Assembly (NCBI RefSeq): GCF_018977255.1 | Contig: NW_024704750.1 | Location: 5,146,001 to 5,210,000, forward strand | Length of the DNA stretch: 64,000 nt | Origin: Callorhinchus milii | Taxonomy: Eukaryota | Reading direction: 5' to 3' | Part shown: positions 41,556 to 64,000 of the stretch, in pieces | Layout: the number at the start of each line of letters is the position of its first letter | Position numbering within the stretch: position 1 is the first letter of the stretch | The notes under the pieces: model-generated | Told to the model about the DNA's origin: nothing | Databases searched by the model: none | The model's input: the letters and a program-made list of their open reading frames with translations, nothing else | Translations under genes and position numbers: made by a program

Positions 41556-44500
41556 ATCTACATTCAGATCAATTTTCTGTTGTGAATGTTTTTTTTTCCT
41601 GGTATTTTCAACCTCTTTTGTTCCTTTACTATTCCAGAGTCACCATTCTACACCATTTTCTTTATTTTACAAAAACACATAGTAAACAATACATTGGAGA
41701 ACTCTGGTGTCCTAAACGATATTTTGATTTCATTATTACAAAATATTTTATAAAACCTCCAGAGGCTTAGTCCTATTATAGATACAACAAAAATATTAAC
41801 ATTTGTAGCGAGTGGTCAAGTTTCAAAAACCTCCCGGTTTCCATAGTCATTTTTGTAAGGCGGAGGCAATCTTTCGATTAGTTTACAAGGTGTTTTGAGC
41901 TGTGAATGAGAAGCTGAACCAAGGAAGATTGACCAGGCTGAAACAAGGGAAACAATCGGATCAATTTCTGACACAGCACATCCATTTCTGAGCCATGAGA
42001 GAACTGAACAAATGTAATGATTGTTTTTCCTGCCATTTCACATAACCATCCTTTACAAGTCTCCCAGGTTTTTTTGACTCGAGCTCAATGAATTTAGATG
42101 AATTATTCAAGCTTTATTTACTTGATCTATACTCCTAAATGCCTGGTGGTGGTGCTGTTATGGTATAGAACCTAAGCTATATGCAGTGTTGAAATATCAA
42201 AGATAATTTAATAGGTGATTAGGGTGATGGGCTCATCAAGCTCGTTATTGTAAGTGGACAGCAGAATTTGAATGAACTGGAACTTGAGGGTATGGCAGGG
42301 GCTGATTATGGCGGTTTTGGTGGGATCCAGCCACAATTGGCAGTGGTTCATGAGGTCACATTTGAGCTGAGTAAATTGATACTTATTCTAGTGCACAGGT
42401 TATGGATTTTAACAGGCACAGATTCCTGATGCCAAGGAAACTTGTGGCAATGGGAAGCAGTTCAGAATTTGGTCAGGGCGAGGGCTTGTTAAAGGCGAGG
42501 GAATGGTTAAGCAGCTCAATGAATAGAAAATGTGGCATTGGACCAAGTGAACAATTGCTTCTTACCTTTGTACGGCAAATTCCACAATTGCCAATCAGAA
42601 TTTTCCCTGGCATCTTGTTAATCTTGCTCCTACTCTAAAAATGGTGATTAGGATAAAATCCACTTGTTATTCTCTTGTTGAGTTTGCCACATTATTTAGG
42701 ATCTTAACAAAAGCTTGGAAGTTAACCACCCATATCAGACCCCTTTGGAAACCGCAGCATGGCTAACACTAAGTGCTGACCTAGCCATTAATGCCCCCAT
42801 TTCAGATTATGCTAAACTAGTCCCACTTAAACTCACATCAGAAACCAGAACCTCTATCCATAACAAACTTTTCCTCTGTTGTAGAGTGATTTCTCATTTC
42901 TAGATTCAGTAAGCTGTCAGAAAAACATTGTATGTGCTTTATTATGGATAAAAAGCTAAACATTACCAATGTCCAATCTGCTCCTAAGTATCTTACCAGT
43001 CTTGTCAGAGGCCAAATTGTTTTTATTAAAACTGGTTTCACAACTTTGTAGTAGAATCTCCTTTGCAATGATGAAATTGCAATTCTTACACCCAACAGGT
43101 TTTCAGAAACAGCAGGTAATCACTGGATTTCTGCAATTTATTTATTAAAACAGACAGACTTAATAGGCCAGTTACACCTTTTAAGCACAAAAGGATTTTC
43201 CATATACTGTACCTGAAACCTTAACAATTCTTACAATTTCATTTGTATTAATGACTATTGTAACTGGTCATTACTCATTGCAAGCAAAGTAGTCCTTTCA
43301 TTCATTCGATCACCCATAGAAGCCATAATATCATGACATGCCCAATTCCCAAACTATTCTAACAGGAGCTCTATCACTCATTTAAATAGTACTGTAGTTC
43401 CAATTCCAAATTACTGCAGTTTTTACATATCAATTCCTTTTGGGCCCTATATTTTGAAGATAGTTGCAATGTTTAAAAGATGCAAAACAACCTCAAGGCA
43501 ACCTGACGACCTGTCATCTCTCTCTTGTATTACACCTGTCTTGTAATATACATCCAGCAATTTATTTTATGTTCAGAATACACCTGAAGTAGTGTGGTCA
43601 GTACTACTGTAACAAAAAAGGGTAAATAAAACTGCATTACGTTCACACTGTCAATATCTAATACGAAAGTATTTCGAGCAGTTAAAACAGAAAGAATTTA
43701 TTTTCCAAAGTCTACCTACAGTACTTACAATTTGAACTAATACAGATTATAACCTGTTTCACCTGGGGCCACATTTCCTTTTCCAACCCTTAAATATTGC
43801 TAGTTTGGTAAATGCTCCGTTGACTTTCATTTGTAACAAAGTTCATAAAAGTTTCAAGACACTAGAATCGAATTGCACAGGAAACCATGATCTCCATTTT
43901 AGTGTTCTATGCACAAATATTACTGTAGGCCATGCTTAGGTTTCCCACTCATTGCTTCAAACGAGAAAGCTGTTTCTTATACTGGATCGATTTTAAGCAC
44001 TTCAGAAAATTGTAATGCTTTGCAAATCACTTTCTAACAAGTGCTTGCTTCAGGACCACAACGTTTATTGTTGGCCTTTACCTAGTACATGGGATGTACA
44101 TATTAACAGGTGTTAATAAAAGGTCAGTGCCTGCACAATACATTCTACTAATGGAACCGAGCATTGCTTTTTATGCATAACACAACTGAAACAGGCTCTA
44201 ATAGAAATTACATCAGACTTTAGCATCCGGCAGTACATTGCAAAAAAATAAACATTGTGACTAAAACGGGTTTAAGTTGATTAACGCCATTGAATCACTG
44301 TACTATTTGATTCTATATGATTTCAATACAGTTATACAATACAATTATACAAAATGTGTAACATCAAAGAATACAACCAAATTAAAGATAGCAAACAAAA
44401 AAATCTACCTCATAACTTTATACAGGAATTAATTCTGAAATATGCATGTAGTACAGTAACTGCCAAATCTATGATTTAAGAAACTATTACTAGCAAAAAG

Positions 44501-44965
44501 ATCAAACTCAAAAAAAAATCACATAGCATCTGCATTACTAGCATATCCAAATGAGTGTACAATATGCACACCTGGAAAATACAAAATTAAAAATGTGAGT
44601 TTCTTTAAGCACTGGGAGAGCGTCATATTTATATGAATGCTGACAAGTCCAATTTTTAGCTCTGCCAGGTAAGGAACTGGTTTTGATAAATGAAAGTTCA
44701 TCAGGACTTTTTCTGAGTAAAGTGTTGGTTAGAAAACACTGTGGTGTTATTGAAACAGGAATACAGGACAAAACGAGAAGAGCATCCTAACATCATCAGC
44801 ATCTCCAACCTTTTGACTAATTTATCAAAACAAGTCTTTTTTTGTTATGTAAGAGTTATTTAAAATTCTTCACTAGAAATATACAAAGGGAAGGTCAACA
44901 TTATGCCCAAATATGGTCATGTGAGATGCCCCGTTGAGGACTCGATTCTTCCCTCCTGAAGAAAT

Positions 44966-59895
<14,930 letters not shown>

Positions 59896-60399
59896 TTAAC
59901 CAGAAAATATCAGCTCGAAATCTCGCCACAGGGGAAAAAAAAACGGCAGCCACCATCCGCCCGGGCGCTGCGCGCGACTACCGCGAGACTTCATTCCACT
60001 TCCTGTCCTTCATGATTTGCCCTTATTCACATGTGCCAACATGTACAGCGGCGGCGCTCGCGTGTGGGTGTGTGTGTCTCCACCACTCCACAGCTACTGC
60101 AGCGTTAGCCCAGTCTAACCCCCCTCCCCCAGACCGGCCACTTTTCTGTTTGCAAGAGGGTGGGGTGGGTGGGTGGTGGGGGGGGGATCGGGGGAGAGGG
60201 TGAGGGGGTAAACCGAGAGACTTGGCACCATCCGCCCGTCGCGTTTGCTCGACCCCACAACCATCTTCTCCACTCTCTTTTCCCACTCCCACCCTCTCTC
60301 TCTCGCTCGCTCTCTCTCTCTTCCTCTCTCTCTCCCCCCCCCCCCCCCCCCACACCCACTCATCACTCTCGCTCTTTCTCTTCCTCGCTCGCTCCCTCC

Positions 60400-60955
60400 C
60401 CCCCATCACCCTCTCTCTCTCCCCTCCATCACCCTCTCTCCCCCTCCCATCACCCTCTCTCCCCCTCCCATCACCCTCTCTCCCCCTCCCATCACCCTCT
60501 CTCCCCCTCCCATCACCCTCTCTCCCCCTCCCATCACCCTCTCTCCCCCTCCCATCACCCTCTCTCTCCCCTCCATCACCCTCTCTCCCCCCATCACCCT
60601 CTCTCCCCCCCATCACCCTCTCTCTCTCCCCTCCATCACCCTCTCTCTCCCACCCATCACCCTCTCTCCCCCTCCATCACCCTCTCTCCCCCCCATCACC
60701 CTCTCTCCCCTCCATCACCCTCTCTCCCCTCCATCACCCTCTCTCCCCCCCATCACCCTCTCCCTCTCCCCCTCCATCACCCTTTCCCTCTCCCCCTCCA
60801 TCACCCTCTCTCCCCCTCCCATCACCCTCTCTCTCCCCCATCACTCTCTCCCCCTCCATCACTCTCTCCCCCTCCTTACCATCTCTCCCCACACACCCAC
60901 CACCCTCTCTCCCCCCATCACCCTCTCTCCCCCCCACACCCATCACCCTCTCTCT
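60400..60955. repeat. Polypyrimidine minisatellite (CCATCACCCTCTCTCCCCCTC)n upstream of YY1
   Basis: Visible tandem units of about 21 bp. Confidence 0.95.
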
Positions 60956-61129
60956 CTTCCCCCACCCACCAACCCTCCCTCCCCCCAACCACCACGTACA
61001 TCTTCTCGCTCTTCTCCCCCCACACCCCCATACATCCCCCCCCCTTCCCGTACATCACCCACTCCCTTCCGCATATCTTCTCCCTCTCCATCCTGCGTAT
61101 GTGCAGTGCAATCCCCCCCCCCCACCCGT

Positions 61130-61556
61130 ATCCTTGCTGTTTGCTGTGCGAGCGTTTTAAGAAACCAAATAAATACGTCTCCCCTTCCCTATATCTTCTC
61201 CCCCATCCCTCCTGTAGATCTCCCCCAACCCCTCCCAGTGCATCTTTTCCTTCTCTCCCCCCCCCACCCCCCCGACTCCCTCCTGTACACCTGTATCGTG
61301 TATATGTGCTGTGGTTCGCACCCCCCTATAAATCCTTGCTGTTTGCTGTACGTCTCCCCTTCCCTATATCTTCTCCCCCATCCCTCCTGTAGATCTCCCC
61401 CAACCCCTCCCAGTGCATCTTTTCCTTCTCTCTCCCCCCCCCCCTCCCCCGACTCCCTCCTGTAGACCCGTATCGTGTATATGTGCTGTGGTTCGCACCC
61501 CCCTATAAATCCTTGCTGTTTGCTGCGCGAACGTTTTAAGAAACCAAATGAATACC
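61130..61556. repeat. Local tandem duplication of about 175 bp
   Basis: 61174-61348 and 61349-61525 are near-identical; a flanking block ATCCTTGCTGTTTGCTG..AAGAAACCAAAT occurs at 61130 and 61509. Confidence 0.9.
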
Positions 61557-63959
61557 TTTCTCAGTTTCTTTCGCATTGTGGGCTTGCTAATAAGTAAATA
61601 CACAAATATGCTTTGCAATGTCCTCATTTGCCCAGCAAAGTATCTCTCCTTCCTATCGTGTGTATCTCTCATTGAAAATAAAATAAAATTAAAAAATGCT
61701 TTTAATAATTCTGCTGTTGTAGGTTGAGCTTGCTCTTGTGAATTCATTTGGACCTTGCCCAGTTTAATCTTAATTTTATTTCCTGGAGCACGCCCCCCTC
61801 TTTGCATGATTTCTTCGCCTCTTTAAATTAAGGGAGCAGCACTGCAAATGCTTTCAAAAAGTCACAGGAGGGCTTAGCAGCAACACAGTCTCTCAAACAC
61901 ACACACACACAAAAAAAAAGTAGCTCAGTGTTAAACATCATGGGGCTCAAGCCTAGAAGAGATGATTTTGAATGGGTTTATACGGATCAACCTCATACCC
62001 AGAGAAGGAAAGAAATGTTGGGTACGTACGATTTTTTTAAAAAAAGTAAAGCCCATGAAAGTTACTGGTTTATACAGTGTTTGGCTTATCGATATCACTG
62101 TAGTTAATACACCGAAGTCATATTTCGACAAGTATATGTTATGAACTTTTTTTTAAAAAAATGTACAAGTTGCTTAAATAGATATGTTTCTCCCTCAAAA
62201 TCCCCACCTGTGATATTGACATCGGGAAGAAGGTGTTTGTAATGGCAAATAATTTGGACCATTTTATACCTCCTGTCTCAAAGTCTGAAATCTGGTCTCC
62301 GCGTTTCACAGAGAGCAAATATATTTCTTCTTCCACACAATATACAAGAGACTGTATACAAAGACTAATATATCTACCACTGATTTATTCTTGAAAAATA
62401 ACTCTTACATTTAATAGAGCGCTTTACAGGATTCACTGTCAGTTGTAGTGACTGTGTAGAAATTTGTCAACTGCTTCCAAAAATAATCCTTTCTCTTTAG
62501 TTCAATCAGTATTTGTACCAAGTCAAGAACTAATTTAAAGTTACACCAAATTTTCCCCCCAAATGTCCTGCAGCGTTTTATCGAATGAATGAATGAGTAA
62601 ATACCACCGAGTAATGACAATTACTGAATTCTGTATTTGCATTGCATACTTAGGGAAATAGCAAACATTGAGAAATCGACATGGGAAGGTGTGGGCTCGG
62701 TCTGTCATTGTTGAGGATAACTCGAGCAAACTTGTAGAACAGGATTGGCAAATAAATGTTTTTATTTCAGTCTGCAATCACAATTCATCCACAAACTCTC
62801 TGGAGCATTTAACAATCTCATATGTGTTTCTAAATTAGCTGGTTTCAGCGACTGATATGCAAAATATATTGATTCCAAGGCTATTGGGAATTAAAAGTCG
62901 GTTTAATAGAAATCTCGAGACGTTTAAACTCTGTTCGCGGACCATTCTGACCCATGACGTGCTGTTGGGATTTGTGGGTGAGGTGAGACGAGGGGTGGAA
63001 CTGCATTTGTGTTTTTTTCAACAGAGAAAGGTAGTCACCCGTTTAATCCATTATATAAAAAAGAGGATTTTGCAAATCAAGGGTGGGAGGATTCCCACCT
63101 GGGTGTGATACCTGGCTATGCATGAGCATAAGTATCAGTTGGTGATTATATTTCAACTGGAACCTGAATAGCACAGGTGCAATTTTAACCTTTTCAGGAC
63201 CACTCAGATTTCTGCATTGGAATAAGAATCCCCGGAACGATCGTTCTATCAAAACTTTTAGTTTGCGACTTCTTTTTTAATATACACTTCGACAGATATT
63301 AAAACCACAGTGAGGGGGAGACAGAAGTTCACATAATGTCCATTTCCCCAGGTCCCCTTCCTACGCGCAGTAGGAATGTGGCATTGATTTATGTTGTAAA
63401 TAAGTCCAAAGATGCGAATTTACTGCTTGTAATAAAACCAGTCTAGTGAGGGGGTTGTTTACTCGTTTCTAGCGTATGTGCACCAAGGCTACTAAAGGCA
63501 GAAGGTTTTGGCTTTGTTTCGATTCAAAAAACTGGTATTTATTGGATTACTATGGCATCTAATATAATCCCAGACATATAGAATGTCATGTAATTCAATA
63601 TCAAATGCAACAAAACACAGATGAAACCCCATGGAGGTTTAACACTTGGAGGTTAATTTGGCTTCAGTGAGTGTTCTGCAAATTGATGGATTTTTCTTTG
63701 CAATTGGGCGGATTAAGATCCCCAAATACAAGTGCAAAATTCGTGTTCTATTGGGAGAGGTCCCTATAATTTCTGTTGACCTGTTCAAGGGCAGTCAAGT
63801 GTACAGACAGTGGTGATGGTGTTAAACTACCGAAGATGCCTATTTAAGATGCACCTATCACCTTATTTAAAATGATGACATTGTATAATAGGAGCGATAA
63901 TCTTTACTCCTCAAACATTCCCAGTAGTAAAACAACTTAAATGCCTTGGTTAATTGTAC

Positions 63960-64000
63960 TTTCATAGAAGCTTACAGCACAGAAAAAGGCCAATCAGCCC
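63960..64000 (-). mobile_element. CR1-type 3' end at window edge
   Basis: catagaagcttacagcacagaaaaaggccaatcagccc resembles 45858-45895. Confidence 0.55.

Noticed and set aside
60023-61465. Pro/Ser/His-rich ORFs upstream of YY1
   Set aside because: Minisatellite translations.

Overview
Eukaryotic (vertebrate) genomic DNA, not microbial. The repeat content (tRNA-head/Deu-core SINEs, L2 and CR1 LINEs) points to a cartilaginous fish, probably a chimaera such as Callorhinchus; this is inference. Five spliced genes were reconstructed by hand with GT-AG boundaries and consistent phases: WDR25 (-, first coding exon only), WARS1 (+, 10 coding exons, 464 aa), SLC25A47 (-, 6 exons, 301 aa), SLC25A29 (+, 4 exons, 301 aa) and YY1 (-, 5 exons, 356 aa). 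Order and orientation match human 14q32. There are three CpG-rich promoter regions flanked by long strand-skewed minisatellites, a 596-N gap and many nested retroelements. I found no prokaryote-type novel system. The best leads are: an SLC25A47 orthologue carrying SLC25A45/48-type residues; a putative upstream non-coding exon linking SLC25A47 to the CpG island shared with SLC25A29; a covarying 3' RNA hairpin shared by L2 LINEs and SINEs; WARS1 lacking the mini-TrpRS Met; and the YY1 autoregulatory site cluster. Comparisons to human or zebrafish sequences are from memory and need alignment.
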